Shown piece after piece: positions 33,915 to 45,492 of a stretch of DNA of 64,000 bases (position 1 is the first letter of the stretch; the number at the start of each line of letters is the position of its first letter). Made by a program: the position numbers and the translations under genes. The stretch spans positions 19,554,560 to 19,618,559 of the forward strand of contig NC_134027.1 of assembly GCF_964204645.1 (NCBI RefSeq). Reading direction: 5' to 3'. The notes below the pieces were generated by a model. The model was not told the DNA's origin, did no database searches, and saw nothing but the letters and a program-made list of their open reading frames with translations. Source of the stretch: Tubulanus polymorphus (Eukaryota; Animalia; Nemertea).

Positions 33915-34229
33915 TTCTTTATTGGTTACCGCGTTATATAAACTCATTGCATCATCAACTGATTGAAAATCTCTATGTGAAATCTTCTGATCATATAATT
34001 CTTTATTGATGTAATCCATATAGTTTTGTCTTTTTTCTCTATATTCTTCTGCTGCTTTATTGTATTTCTCTAATGCTAAGTTATGTCTTCTTTGTTCTCC
34101 TAATGAACTATTTTTATCAATATGTTTAAATAAATATCCACCACCAGTAAATGCCAAAGCGTTAACAATTGCCGATCCTATAATAGTTATAATTGCAGAA
34201 GCCATTTATTTAGTAAAATAACTACGCAT

Positions 34230-34451
34230 TTATATGGGAGGAATATATTTTTGTTTTTCTAAATAATCAATAGTTAAATTAGATAAAGTAACTGCTAATG
34301 TTAATTTTAAAATATCATTTATATCAAATCTATCAACATTAACACTTCCCATTTTAATTCCTTTTTTTAATACCATTGAATAACCAACAGTTCCAACTGA
34401 TAGTAATGCGCCATTATATAATCCAGTTATTATCCACTTATTATCACTCAT
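34230..34451 (-). CDS. 73-aa hydrophobic viral protein (copy 2)
   Basis: Duplicate of 29788..30009. Confidence 0.75.
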   Translation of the reverse strand: MSDNKWIITGLYNGALLSVGTVGYSMVLKKGIKMGSVNVDRFDINDILKLTLAVTLSNLTIDYLEKQKYIPPI

Positions 34452-34793
34452 TTATTTATCAAAAAAATTACTATCATCAAAATATTTAGTTAACTTATTT
34501 ATGATTAATTCAACATTTATTTTATTACTACTTTTATGATTATCATATATTTTGGTTAATATGTTTTTAATATCATCAATGATTCCATCTTCATTTAATT
34601 CATAATATTCAAAAGGTGATTTAATTAAATCAATTACTTTTTCTATATTATAATTTTCTTTATTAATCATTGATGCATTGTTAAATGATTTACTTTTTAT
34701 ATCAGTAATTACATCATTTAGTTTAATTCTCATTTCTTTACCATGTTTAAAATCAAACCCAAAACATATACTCGGTCCAACAGTTATATTCAT
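34452..34793 (-). CDS. 113-aa hypothetical (copy 2)
   Basis: Duplicate of 30010..30351. Confidence 0.65.
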   Translation of the reverse strand: MNITVGPSICFGFDFKHGKEMRIKLNDVITDIKSKSFNNASMINKENYNIEKVIDLIKSPFEYYELNEDGIIDDIKNILTKIYDNHKSSNKINVELIINKLTKYFDDSNFFDK

Positions 34794-34810
34794 TTATATA
34801 GTGAAAAAAA

Positions 34811-35569
34811 TTACTCTCTACATCTTATAACTAATTCATAAATTACAGGGAAATTATTTAAATCAATTAAGTGCCCATTATGATTTCTTATTTCTAATCT
34901 AAAATTATTAAAACGAGCAATGTATTGTTTGAAATCACATTCTGTTAAATAATAATTTATTTGCGTTCCAAATTCTTTAACATTCTTCAATGGTAAAATG
35001 TTTAGTAAACCAGGATTACAAGTTATATCTTTAGTTGCTCCGAATGTTTTTGTAGGATCGATTAAATTGCAATAAATATAAAAGTGTGTAAAAGGCATTA
35101 TATTTGGTGTAGCATCAGCATTGCGTATCCTTACATCTGGGGTTATTCCTAAAATTTTAGCTAAAGGTTTTTTAACTAGAAATTGATGTTGATCTTCATT
35201 ACCTAATTTTATTCTTATTTTATCGGAGCTATCACTTTTAATCAGTCTTAATCCAAATCCAGCAGATGCACCCATTTTCAACCGAGCTCTTTTATTAATT
35301 TCTTGAGCTAATGTTTCTAAATTATATAATCCTGGTTTAAGATAAAGATGAAACCATTTACTTTTATTTCTATCATGAATTAAAAAGACTCTATGTTCAA
35401 TAGTTTTATCCGATACATTGTAAAAAGAATTACATAAACTTATATTAACTAATTTTAAATCAACACAATTCTTGAATTCTCTATCTAATTGTACTAGTAA
35501 ATTATGAGATTTATAATTTGTAAGCCTTCTAGAATCTACAAATATTCTGTATTCTTTTAATTCCACCAT
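34811..35569 (-). CDS. Minor capsid (penton-like) protein, intact 252 aa
   Basis: IFVDSR, NSFYNV, LKPGLYNL, LAKILG, FYIYCNLI and LEIRNHNGHLIDLN match the pattern of single jelly-roll minor capsids. Confidence 0.75.
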   Translation of the reverse strand: MVELKEYRIFVDSRRLTNYKSHNLLVQLDREFKNCVDLKLVNISLCNSFYNVSDKTIEHRVFLIHDRNKSKWFHLYLKPGLYNLETLAQEINKRARLKMGASAGFGLRLIKSDSSDKIRIKLGNEDQHQFLVKKPLAKILGITPDVRIRNADATPNIMPFTHFYIYCNLIDPTKTFGATKDITCNPGLLNILPLKNVKEFGTQINYYLTECDFKQYIARFNNFRLEIRNHNGHLIDLNNFPVIYELVIRCRE

Positions 35570-35586
35570 TTATTTTACATATTTTC

Positions 35587-35940
35587 TTATTCGAAATCTA
35601 TTTCATGGTGCCCTTTTTCATTCTTACCTTTGTATACGAAATAGAAATCTCCAGAACATAATTCTTCTAGATCTTCACTTGATAATCTATGAAATCTATC
35701 TGGTAAATATGTTCTGAATTTATGTGTATTTCCTTTTAATCCTTCATATTCTAAGTGTATAACTAATTTATCTCCATAGTTATTAGTAACTGTATCAATA
35801 TTTGTAATTAGATATTTCTTATGGATTGTTAATTCTGTTATTTTTTTGAATTTATAATCTACAGGTTTTACATTTGTGATATCTTTAATTCTATCTAGAA
35901 ATAATTTGTTGTTCTCACTGTGTGTTTGTTTTCTCTCCAT
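35587..35940 (-). CDS. Possible OB-fold ssDNA-binding protein (copy 2)
   Basis: Duplicate of 31146..31499. Confidence 0.55.
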   Translation of the reverse strand: MERKQTHSENNKLFLDRIKDITNVKPVDYKFKKITELTIHKKYLITNIDTVTNNYGDKLVIHLEYEGLKGNTHKFRTYLPDRFHRLSSEDLEELCSGDFYFVYKGKNEKGHHEIDFE

Positions 35941-35969
35941 TTATAATACATATTTTTATTAAAATTTGA

Positions 35970-38900
35970 TTAACACGTTAGAATTCTTTTCATTATCTCG
36001 TTCTCTTTTGTTTCTTCTCTTTTAAATTTTAAGTATTCATCTAAATTGCAACCATAAGCAACTGTATGAATTCCATCATCTAAAATATATCTTTTATCAT
36101 CAAATGGGTTTAGACTTATCTTTTCAATTTCTTCAATAAACATTTCATGATCTTCAGATCTTAAACATCTCATCTTATGTTTTCTAACTTCTTCATTGAA
36201 TATACAATTGATGTAATCTTTGAAATGAATATTCTTTTCTACTACACTTTTGGTTATTCCTTTTAACTTTTTAGCTTCATGTTCTTTAGTTTTATATGAA
36301 TACATTTTAGATCTAATACCAATGAATTCAATCATTTCTTCACCACCTAATTCATCTTTGAATTTACCGGGAACTTTTTTATTATCATTGCTAAACAATT
36401 CATGATCTTTAGGATAATTACTGAAATCAAAATGATGTTTTAATGTTTTTAAATCATCTGTTATGTTATCAGTTTTTATCTTTAATATGTAAGAATCGGT
36501 ATCAAAATATAATATTTCTATATGTTTTTCTCCAAAAAGTGGTTGTAATACATTATAATAGAATTCATACATTAGTAATTTTGATAATTCTAAAACTGAT
36601 GCGCCAACATAGATTGGTTTATTAAATTTCATAGAAGTTCTTCTCATCTTAACTGCGGCTAAATTTTCATCAAATATTCTGTTACCAATGAACTTAGGAT
36701 ATGATTGTAAATGTCTAATTCTTTTACCATTAATGACTAACTCAATATCATTTCTATTTCTAATATTTTCACAAGTCTTACCATAGAATGCATTATTCAT
36801 TAACTTGAAGAAATCTTTTTCGAAATCAGTTTTAGCTTCAGTTCTCTGTTTGGTGTTAAAATCTATATATTTTTCTAACCACTTAGATTGTCTAAATGAA
36901 ATATATCTATGTACTTTTTTTAGAACCATTCCTTGATTTAGATAAAACTTTAACATTCTATAATGTACTACATAATTATATTTATCTTCTTGAGTTACCA
37001 TTAACTTTTCTGTATGAATATGATTTTCGGGTTTAATTCTTTTTTGGTAATTTGATAATTCTTCATGTGTTACAGTTTTGTGTTCTGGACAGTATGCTAG
37101 ATTTCTAGATTTAAATTTTTTATCTTCAGGATATTCTAAACCTACAACAAAGAAGTAACCAGTATCTGAATCATCTGCAATATCTAGAATTCTTTTCTTC
37201 CAATCAAATTTATCATTATTTTCATTCTGTAAAACTTCAGTTAATTCAAATACTCCATAAGGTTGTGGTTCCATCATTGCCCAACCATACAAATTATTTG
37301 CATCTATATATAATAACTTATATCCAGGGTTATCATTTACATTGAAATATCTATCACCTAATACACCTGAAACTCCTCCTCTTATAGATTTTTCAAATAA
37401 TAGTAACTGATCTATATTTGTTAACAAATCCATTTTTATATCTGTAAATTATAATCCACAATCCCATGTTAATCCTGGTGATGAATAACAATGACAAGGA
37501 TCAATATTGAAATATTTTAGGTTTACATCTCTAAACCTTTCGAATATATCGGTTAATAATGATACATCTGATTTTAAATATTTATCTACTAATTGCCCAT
37601 GATTTTCTATTTTGAAATGATTCCAAATATTCAATGTTCTATTATAGACTTCATCTTTAACAAATTCATTTTTTAATTCATCATAAAATTGTTCTTTTAA
37701 TAATTCAGTTATGTTAAAATCATTATGATTTTTATAAAATGAATATGGAATTGCGCCTTTATATCTCATTAATTGAAAATCATCATTATTTGGGTAGTGT
37801 TGTTTTAATATCTTTAATTCATCATCAACTAATGATTTTGATAAGTTATCTAATGAACTATTTAAAAATCTATATGAATCTATAAATCTTAGGCAACCAA
37901 ATTGGAATGATATATAATTCTCAGATGTTTTAGCTAACATTCTAAATTTATAAGTTGGTATTTTATCTTTTGATCTATTTGAATTTAATCTTTCTATTTC
38001 ATTATTAATTTCTTCTATTTTATGGCATAACTGTTTGATGAATAAATGTGCATCATATCCTGATAGATTATGAAATATAACTGGTACAAAATTAATTTTC
38101 TTGTAAGTTACAATTTTCATGCGCTGCGCCTCTAAACTTTCCATTCAAATGATCATGATCTCTAACTCTTTTATCTTTAAAATTAAATATCTTTCCACGA
38201 TAATAACATTTATCTACAAACTCAAATTCTTCTTTATCTTCTTCTGTCATTATAATTTCTATATTTGTATTCAATAATTTACTAAATCTTATTTCATATT
38301 CAATTAATAAGTCACAAAAATGATTGATAACATTTTCATTTCTATAATGATAATATTCACTTTCAATTAGTTCTGGATAATCAGATTTAATATATAACCC
38401 GAAAGCAGCAGCTGATTGATGAATCTTTTTAATAGTATTTGTTTTTGGTGGTTCATCTGAAAAATCATTTTCATTAGAATTTAATTTCTTTCTTTTATAA
38501 TATATTTCTTTTCTATCTTGATCAGTTAATTCTTTATTTAATGATTCAAAATCTCCATATATAACAAATGGAACTTTATTTTTGTAATCATATTTTTTGA
38601 ATTCTAATATTTTATCTTTTTCATTTGGAAAAACTAATTTACAATAATCATGATTTTCACATAATTGTTTATGATTTAATAATGCACTTTCATTACTGAA
38701 TCTATGTAAACATTTTCTACATAGATATATTTTATTATCAAAATCATTTTCTGATTTAAAAAATAAATCAATTCTTTTAATCCACATATAATGATTCTCA
38801 TAATATAGTATATCTATAACATCATTTGAATCATAATCTTTTGATAGATATAAAGGTTCTAATGTATAATGTTTTATATTGTTACCTTTTGTATTTGGTA

Positions 38901-39796
38901 ATTTGATTAAATCAAATACATTTATCTTTATATTATTATCTCTTTCTATTTTTGGGATATTTTTATCTACAAATATTATAAGTTGCAGGATGTAAACAAC
39001 TTATTATAGCCCATAGAAAACATTTATCATCTTCATTTTGTACATTTATTACAGCATTAGTTTTAAATGGTAGTTTAATATAACTCGATGCTTCAATATC
39101 TGGTTCTTTATAATATGATACATTATTTTCATCAATTGGTTTTGATTTAGTTAACTTATTATATTTTGTGTTATAAACATGTAAAGTCATAAATATTATT
39201 TCATCAAATATTAAACCAGATCCTTCAAAATATTTCTCTTCTATTTTAGTTTTTATTTCATTATAACATTTATCTAATTTATCATCTATATGTTGTTTAG
39301 ATATAATATGTTGTGAATGAGAATTTATATTATATATTGGTTTATCTTCAGATTTTATAAACTTTTATAAACTTTTATCGGTTATCTCTATATCTTTTTT
39401 ATTATCTAATGAATTAATATATTTTCTTACATCTTCCATGTATTGTCTTTTATTGTTTAATTTATTTCTTATTCTTTTAATTGTCTTATGTTTCTTATCG
39501 TTATCAGTATCAAAATAATCTTCACCTAAAATATCATTATTCATATTTCTAATATGACTTTTAGATTTTAAATGTTCATTATAATATCTTTTATCACTGA
39601 ATGATTGATTACATGTATCACATTTGTATATTTCTTTTTCATTCTTTAATTCATCTAATTTATTTTCTAATATATCATCTTTATATTCTAGTTTCAATTT
39701 ATTCTCTAAATGTGTTTTAGTTTTATTGTGTCTTGCTTTTTGGGATTTATCTATATTGATATTACATGTTGGACAGTAGTACTTATTTGCTTCCAT
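35970..39796 (-). pseudogene. Protein-primed family B DNA polymerase of B, full length but disrupted
   Basis: ZnFs, NEDDKCFLWA (OTU-like), YGDFES, DHDHL..HENCN (endo VII-like), FHNLSGYD, YIDANNLYG, KLMNNAFYGK, YFDTDS, KMY, KLKGI. Breaks at ~39365, ~38963, ~38100 and a stop at 37449. Confidence 0.95.
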
Positions 39797-40074
39797 TTTA
39801 ATACTAAATTTTCTATTAAAATTGATTTTAGAAGTTATTCATTTATATTTTATTCATATATATGAATATTTTAAGAGTAATAGGGAATATGTTGTTTCAG
39901 GTTAAAGGTTGAATGGTCGAGTTCATTAATAACAAATATTAAAAGTAATTTAAAACTATAATATATTTTCATAACCGTGTGTATTTCAGTTGAATAATAG
40001 AATAATTATTATTATTTGAATATATTTGATTATATGAATGTGTGTATTGTAAATAAATCAATTGGTCGCGGAGC
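39683..40074 (-). repeat. Right TIR of B, truncated at the hairpin apex
   Basis: Reverse complement of 18111-18502; joins directly to BEL gag. Confidence 0.9.
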
Positions 40075-40696
40075 CATCGCTTGAAGATTTGCAATCAATT
40101 AAATTTTCGTACGCACTTAGAAATTGGTAGAATTCGGTAGGATCGCCTGCAAAGGTCGGCATCTCGGCTTTCGGGGGTGTTAAGCTGAGATTACTTTCGT
40201 GCTGCTGGACGACCATTCTCTCCAAGTGGTGAACTAGATCCTGAGACGAGTTCTGAATGGCCACCGGTGATGGCTGATGTAATCGTTGCGGACACCAGGG
40301 GTTCGCATCAACCCTCAGCGGTCTCGCGCTCGTTGGTTGTTGCCCTGCGTTGCTTTCGTACACGCGCTGTTAAGCCGCTGACTGGGCTAATTCGGACTCA
40401 ACACATAACATTTCTTCGCGTGAGTTAAGTTCTAATTCTTCCTGCTTGTGTCTTAATTCAAGCTGCAGACGTTGCCTTTTAAGCGCAAGTTCTTCTTGGA
40501 GGGTGGCTAACTTTGCTTCTAAGCCCTTCGTACAGGCCTCTTCTTCAACCAATCTTTGGTGAATAGAACTACCCGACCGTTGCGACCCACACTGACTTAC
40601 CGAATCAGAGGGCTTTAATCCGTTATCGTCCGAGCCGACGCCATCATATCCGTACGCGACTGTTTCTTCTTCGGAATCCCTTCTTACATCCGTCAT
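40075..40696 (-). pseudogene. BEL/Pao gag N-terminal part
   Basis: PSDSVSQ, coiled coil, PTFAGDPTEFYQF (DUF1759-like). Confidence 0.85.
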
Positions 40697-40735
40697 CGTT
40701 GACTCGTTGTGCCGTTTTAGCTTTGTTTTAAACTA

Positions 40736-40950
40736 TGTGGTTTCTCCGTCATAAGGAAGTAAACATCAACGCTTAGTTTCATACGCTTCCACAGATTTAT
40801 TTTCTTCATAAATCAGCATTAAACGAAGGTTTAAAACAATTAGCTCATCGCCATTTCTTTCTTCAAACCACGCTACCCTTTACTTCCGTTTTTTCTAGTC
40901 TCCCCCCCTCCCCAGAGGGCAGCACATCCTAGCCAAAATTGTTGCCAACA
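40736..40950 (-). repeat. 5' LTR of BEL/Pao element
   Basis: Matches 15240-15449; followed on the plus strand by TSD CCCGA. Confidence 0.95.
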
Positions 40951-42186
40951 CCCGACATTAGTTTATCAACAGCTTGGGCTAACTGGTCCAACATTTTTAA
41001 GACCCTCCATCTCCGACCTAATACAGGTCATAAAGCCAGTATTGTCCTTGAGAAACTGGACGTTTTTATTACGGTCTAAATCTTGGTTGAAAAAAGCAGC
41101 AAATTGGTCTGACGCTCGTCACCAAAATCACAATTATCCTGCTGGTTAAGATAAAACTGGTCACTATCATTACGTAAATAATGAGACTATGAGGCCTCAA
41201 GTCTCTTCTTCATTCCAAGAACTCTGTCATAACAGGATCGACATGAATATCAGAAGTCCCAGGTATAACAAACATGAGCTTTTAGACCCAATGACTCGAC
41301 GAGAAACTTAGGAGTCGATTTCTGTTTAACGACTTTGCCCTTATCTTTATTAGCACGACTAGTCTGAGAATTTTTTACTCGAGGGCCCATAAAAGTCGAA
41401 AAGAATGAGAAAGGACTGACTCCGTCCTTCTTCTATAGCTTGTTTGACATTTCGTCAGCTACATACTTGAACAAGCTGACTCATCCTCATTGGCGACCGT
41501 AATTTCTGACCCAATGTCAAGTAAATATATAGAAAGTTTCACCTTACAAAATTAGATGACCACCGATAGTGAAAACGGACGAAAAACGATTTTGATGAGA
41601 GGATGGTTACTAGGCAGTATCGAGGCCTACAAGGGGAAGTCAGAGCTCCCAATAAAAGATAATTTAACGTAATTGTTATCATAAGACAATCGCTTATATT
41701 CTAATAAAATAGTGCGTATAGCACAAATTAACGTCGACCATCAATCAAGCCTTGACAACCAGTCCGGAAAAATGTCGAGCGGAACAACAACAACCAAAAC
41801 AATAACACCAAACCCGGAAGTGATACATTATGACAATTTGCTGGGTAGTTGGCGAAATATAAATTCTGTTCAGGGGATAAGTTGTGAAAGAAGAATGTAT
41901 CGGGAGACTGATGAGGCTAGCAGCAGCGAGGATGAAAATAATTATCCGATGCATATAGAAAGCGGCGACTTAAATCGCAGCCTCAGGATCTGCTAGCTCA
42001 GGCAGCGGCCTATGCGGGTATACACGCCTCTATCATAGCTACACCAATTAAAGGTAAGCCAAGTAGACTTACAGCCTCAACGCCACAGCGGATACTTCCA
42101 GAGGTGCCAAATCATGGGTCCACCCAGTTCCGATCAAAGGAACATAGGGAAAAGAGGAAAAGGAGGATGAACAAAGGATAGAGGAG

Positions 42187-43497
42187 GTGAGCTATATGCA
42201 AGAGGCAAGACGACAGAGACTTGATGTTGACCCAGTAACTAATTCGACCCTACAGACTTGCAATTACTGTGGGGACAAATTAGATATACAGGGAAATCAA
42301 GCAGCCAAAAAGTTTAAATGTTTCTCTTGTAAAAATAATATGTGCTGGGCTTGCGCAGAAATTCCGCCCGAACTACGGGAAATTGAAGAGTGGATGCTTG
42401 AAAATAGTTACCTTACCCTGACCTGTCAGGAATGTAAACAGCAAATAGGGATTGATATGTCTGAGGGTAATGATAATGCAAAAGCAAGATTCTTGAGAAA
42501 ATGGAAGGAAATTTCGTAAACTAAGAGAAAGTATTGAAAGAAATCGTGCTAAGTCTCAACAATAAAGCTTATAAAAGGGAAGTAGAAAAAATCGAAGAAA
42601 ATGTCCAGAGACTGGGGGAGAGACTAGAAGTTATAGAATTAAAAGAGGAAGCAAGTCAGGATGATGCAAAAGAATTACGGTAAAACGTCATCATGTCAAA
42701 GCGTCCTCGTGCCAAAACGTCCTCGGTCAAAACGTCCTCGTCTGTATTAGGGGCCTTTGTCCTCTCCACACTCAATCAACAGTAGTGGAGAGAGGGCGGC
42801 ACCTCACGATAGTCACCTTTAGGAATCTTGATGTTTTAAAAAATCTGAACTTTTTTTAGATGTATTTAGATCCCTCCTCCGATAGTATGTAATTAGTATG
42901 TTGTAAATAACGTTTGTCTTATGTTTTAAATACTTTTATTTCTGTTTTCGTAAATATTTATCGATGCCTGATACGTCATCTATCTATATAAACGTTAAAG
43001 GTCATAGGGCCCCTTATATTTAGCTTATAACTCGGATTTAACAGTAGTAATAACTATAGGCCAATGCATTGACGGAATTGATTGTATGATAAAGTTATTC
43101 TGGCATGAGTGAGGACGTTTTGACCGACGAAAGTGAGGACGTTTTGACCGACAAAAGCGAGGACGTTTTGACATGAGGACGTTTTGACCCGACACCATAA
43201 AAAAACCTCATTAATGAAGTAATACAGGTAGACAAAATGGAGAGTAAACTTAGAATGAAAAGGGAATTTAAAGAAACATTTGATGATATGAAGGCAGAAT
43301 TAAGGGAATCAGAACTTAGGAAAAATAATGTAATAATCTATAACATGCCTGAATCTCAGAGTGCTGAAGCAAAAACGGGAGAAAAGAGGAACAAAGAAAG
43401 GTGCAGGAATTTTTTGTAGGAACCTTTGGGGTAGATATCGAAAGACCAAAGGTTATAAACAGAATAGGGTCCTTTAAGTAAGAAAAATCGCGGCCAC
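42187..43497 (+). pseudogene. CR1/L2-type LINE ORF1 (PHD finger, coiled coil), interrupted
   Basis: CNYC..CFSC..CWAC..CQEC finger; RESELRKNNVIIYNMPES; cut off at 43497 by element D. Confidence 0.7.
42678..43191. mobile_element. Non-autonomous DNA transposon (MITE) with subterminal inverted repeat arrays
   Basis: Four AAAACGTCCTC-type units at the left end and four GAGGACGTTTT units at the right end. Confidence 0.75.
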
Positions 43498-43606
43498 AGT
43501 AATTGGGAATGTGTTGGTTCAGATCAAAGGTCGAGGGGTCGAGTTCATAAAAAATGAAAAATAAATTCTCGCACGCTCGAATTTATATGAATTCGATAAA
43601 TGATAA

Positions 43607-43825
43607 ATGGAAGATTTCATTCCAACCGGAAGTAGTGATTTGAAACATTATCTCGTAGCTGGAGGGCTAATATTGGCAGCGCTTTACTTTTATTGCGAAA
43701 ATAATAGTAAGGATTTGATGAAAGAAAATATAACATTGAGCAAGAAATTAAAGAAATTAAATGGAAACAATCACAAAAATAAAAAGAATAAAAAAGTTAA
43801 TTTAGAAAATGATTTAGAGGATTAA
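43607..43825 (+). CDS. 72-aa TM plus basic protein of element D
   Basis: TAAATG start; YLVAGGLILAALYFY helix; Lys-rich tail. Confidence 0.5.
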   Translation: MEDFIPTGSSDLKHYLVAGGLILAALYFYCENNSKDLMKENITLSKKLKKLNGNNHKNKKNKKVNLENDLED

Positions 43826-43877
43826 AACAGCATCTTAATGTATTCTTTAATTTATTTAATACATTTTAACTATAAAA

Positions 43878-44150
43878 ATGAGTGAAAATATATTAAATTT
43901 ATTACATCTTATTGACAGAAATCAAGAGCAACTGAAATTAATAATTATGGTTTCAGGTTTAGTTTCTTTTTTAATTTACTCATTAAAACAGCTGTTGGAA
44001 TTCTATGATAACTACAAAATTAAATATACAGAATTAAAAGAAAACATTGATTATATTTCAGAATTAATAATATTAAATGCTGTGAAATATGTAATAACAG
44101 GTATAAAAATTCAAAATCATTATGGAATCATAAATATATTCATGAATTAA
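43878..44150 (+). CDS. 90-aa TM-containing hypothetical of element D
   Basis: AAAATG start and a hydrophobic segment; no recognisable family. Confidence 0.4.
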   Translation: MSENILNLLHLIDRNQEQLKLIIMVSGLVSFLIYSLKQLLEFYDNYKIKYTELKENIDYISELIILNAVKYVITGIKIQNHYGIINIFMN

Positions 44151-45176
44151 ATGATAAATTATATAATTCACATTGAGAAATATAAAATATATTGGTTGAA
44201 AATTTATAAAATATTAGTTAATTAAAAAAGGGCGTTTTAGGTATTAATGTATAAAATACGTATCAAATACGTATTAGATATGTATTGAATACGTATTAAA
44301 TACAAATTATGCTTTATTTCTTAAATTTAAGTCACAGAAGTAATTAAGAACCTTTTTTATTTTATTCAAATATGATATTGTAATTCTTTACATTTGGACT
44401 AGGATAATACAAGAATAATATTAGCAGTTTTAAATCCTTTTAAATCTTGTTAAATAAAAAAACAATAGAATTGAATATGTTAGTATTAGATAAAGTATAT
44501 TATTGTTTTTTTATTTAAATCTTTTTGAATTCTAATCAATTTTTGTTAAACACTAGAATGACTAGAAATCAAATAGATTTAAAAAGAAATTGAATAACTT
44601 TAACTGCTTTAAAATGAACTCATTTTTTATGAACTTTAGTCCTTCTAAAATCAATTTTATTTCATAACATTATTTTATATTTATCAGTGTAGCCTGCAAT
44701 AAATTTATCTTAAGAGTCTTGAACTCACCAACAAAGTGATGACACCTGGCACCAGTCATTACTTCCGTTAGCTGCTTCGAGCGTCATCTCTAAATTTGTT
44801 ATTTTTGGTAGCTTTTTAGTCAACACATTGTCAGGATATCATACTCAAAGGATTATGCGTGCCGTTGTATAGTAAGTAAAATATCGCTAACTAAAAACTA
44901 ACTAAAGCGAGAGATTTTTATTGCAAATGAACTAGAATATGGCGGATTTAGGTTTCAATTTCCGGTTCTGACTAGCGTCATCGAACGAGTAATTCAATAA
45001 CTTGAATTTGTCGATATCCCGTAGGCCTATTGTTGTATAAGCTTATCGTCGTCCCTGGGAAACAGTTTCGGTCGTTATTTCCCGGACCGCCGGTTATTGT
45101 ATTCGTTCCCGGACAGCAAATCGTACGGCCAGTTTATTTGTATATGTTCATTCTCGACGCCAAAAATAATTATTAA

Positions 45177-45492
45177 CAGTGGCGGATTTAGCCTACCGCA
45201 CTTGCCGCTAATGCGGTAGTCAACATTTTTCCTCTAACAACATTTTATTTATTTCATGGATGGATTTGACTTAGCTGATTCCTTGGAAAAAAGTACCCAT
45301 ATTAAAACAGGATTTTTCTCTTCCAAAACCCAGGAAATGTTATCTTAGCCCTTTAAATTTTTCAAAATTTTCTGGGGGAGGACCCAAAACCCCCCAGGCA
45401 CATCGTGCCTTCGGCACTGGTATTGCACATCTCGTGCCTTCAGCACTCGGTTGCCGAAATGCGGTAGTCATATTCCTCTGGATCCGCCACTG
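45177..45492. mobile_element. hAT-like MITE
   Basis: TIR CAGTGGCGGAT...ATCCGCCACTG; degenerate 8-bp flanks ATTATTAA / ATTAATAC. Confidence 0.7.

Larger units (their letters stand above)
29473..38358. repeat. 4.44-kb tandem duplication (29473-33914 and 33915-38355)
   Basis: ORF sets repeat at an offset of 4441-4442; junction TTC microhomology at 33915-33917. Confidence 0.95.
17907..40074. mobile_element. Polinton/Maverick-like (adintovirus-type) endogenous element B, near complete but mutated
   Basis: Starts AGTAATAGGG immediately after BEL pol sequence; TIRs; integrase, ATPase, MCP, penton and pPolB in two convergent gene blocks. Confidence 0.95.
15240..40950 (-). mobile_element. BEL/Pao LTR retrotransposon (internally deleted, interrupted by Polinton B)
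   Basis: Two ~210-bp TG...CA LTRs, 5-bp TSD CCCGA (15235-15239, 40951-40955), PPT next to the 3' LTR, and gag/RT/RNase H fragments. Confidence 0.95.
43498..44722 (+). mobile_element. Short divergent Polinton-like fragment D
   Basis: Starts AGTAATTGGGAATGTGTTGGTTCAGATCAAAGGTCGA (B-type terminus); AT-rich; small ORFs; repeat tract like 23672-23790; CTTCTAAAATCAATTTT motif shared with the B TIR. Confidence 0.65.

Noticed and set aside
33651-34205. 184-aa ORF as a novel gene
   Set aside because: It is the junction product of the tandem duplication.
42678-43191. CRISPR-like array (also considered 23672-23790 and 19430-19870)
   Set aside because: No unique constant-length spacers, no cas genes, and a eukaryotic context; these are transposon subterminal or tandem repeats.
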